DNA of 64,000 bases from the human T2T-CHM13v2.0 reference genome, Homo sapiens: assembly GCF_009914755.1 (NCBI RefSeq), contig NC_060938.1. One strand, written 5' to 3'. A program made the position numbers and the translations under genes. The notes under the pieces were generated by a model. It was not told the DNA's origin. It saw only the letters and a list, made by a program, of their open reading frames with translations, and made no database searches. This document shows positions 63,107 through 64,000 of the stretch, piece by piece (position 1 is the first letter of the stretch; every line of letters starts with the position of its first letter).

Positions 63107-64000
63107 GTAAGAAGGGCTCTGCTGAGGTTGCTCGGGGGACAGCCAGGAGCACTGGAAGGAGGCTGATTGAACTTTTAGATAGCAAACAATGGAGAAGGAT
63201 CCAAATCATGGAAAACAAAGGTCTGAATTCTGGTCAGCCTCAGTCCCACTGATACAGGCTTTTCCCTGCCCCTCCCTTCCTTCACCGCCAGTCCTCCTAA
63301 GCACAGTGCATTAAAGCTGCTTGCATCCTACTCTTCTATCTTGTGTAGGCCTTTATCACCAGGACAGGGTTCCACAGATGAGGAACCCTGTGTCTGATGT
63401 GGGCATTTGACATCTTTAGAAGTGCTCTCACATGCTTGCATCTCATTAGACTCTTGCAGGTCTGTAGGGAGCTGTGATTAGGCCTATCTGAGGACACCGA
63501 TACTCAGAGCTATGAATCAGGCTAGAGGTTCAGTAGGGCCAGGAATACTCCTCATGGCAAATGAGGACAGATAGCTGGTAAAGAGATAACTTTTTCAAAC
63601 GACCATACATCCTATGCTGTGACCACAGTAGCTCTGCGGGGGACTGTTTTAGTTTTGGTGCCTGATTGATTACAGCAACAGTTCTAAACTGATGTCCTTT
63701 TATGATGGCATTGTCAATAAGCTCTAACAAATGAAGATCATTTGTAATAGCAGTAATTAGGGAAATGGCCTCTGAGAAGGGATGCCGATAGTTAATAATG
63801 ATCACATGTTTCACCCAGACTTTGGGGAAAGTGTTATAAGGAAGTCAAGGTTGGAAAAACATCATTTTTCAGAGAAGTGCAATTGCAGCCTGGGCTGTGG
63901 TTTCCAGAATCAATGCCTTCTGCCTAGGAACCACCTCCCAAGTAGTTACTCATCTTCTACATTCCCTTAAAATGCAACAATCTTTTCCACTTTGCAGACA

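Overview
Human (primate) genomic DNA that I recognise as the 14q11.2 RNase A cluster. From left to right: an intron-containing tRNA-Tyr(GTA) and a tRNA-Pro(TGG) sit beside the CpG-island promoter shared by ANG and RNASE4. Two non-coding 5' exons are followed by single coding exons for angiogenin (10674-11117) and RNase 4 (16483-16926). Next comes a HERV-H provirus with both LTRs (17947-23691). A ~20-kb nest follows: a MER21-like LTR is split by class-I provirus A, whose 5' LTR is split by a HERV-IP10-like provirus B, whose pol is replaced by an intronless XPO6 copy carrying a Tigger1 fragment. Then come an EDDM3-family pseudogene with one frameshift and the start of a paralogous duplicon (probably the 5' end of EDDM3A). 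The most notable observations are three. (1) The XPO6 copy looks like retroviral capture of a cellular mRNA rather than an ordinary L1 retrocopy. (2) An 870-bp retrocopy of a THE1-LTR-initiated spliced transcript lies in the EDDM3 pseudogene intron, with the empty site visible in the paralog. (3) A CCA-bearing 3' half of tRNA-Ala has mismatches at modified positions. Repeat family names are from recall of consensus sequences, not from a search, and minor boundaries are approximate.
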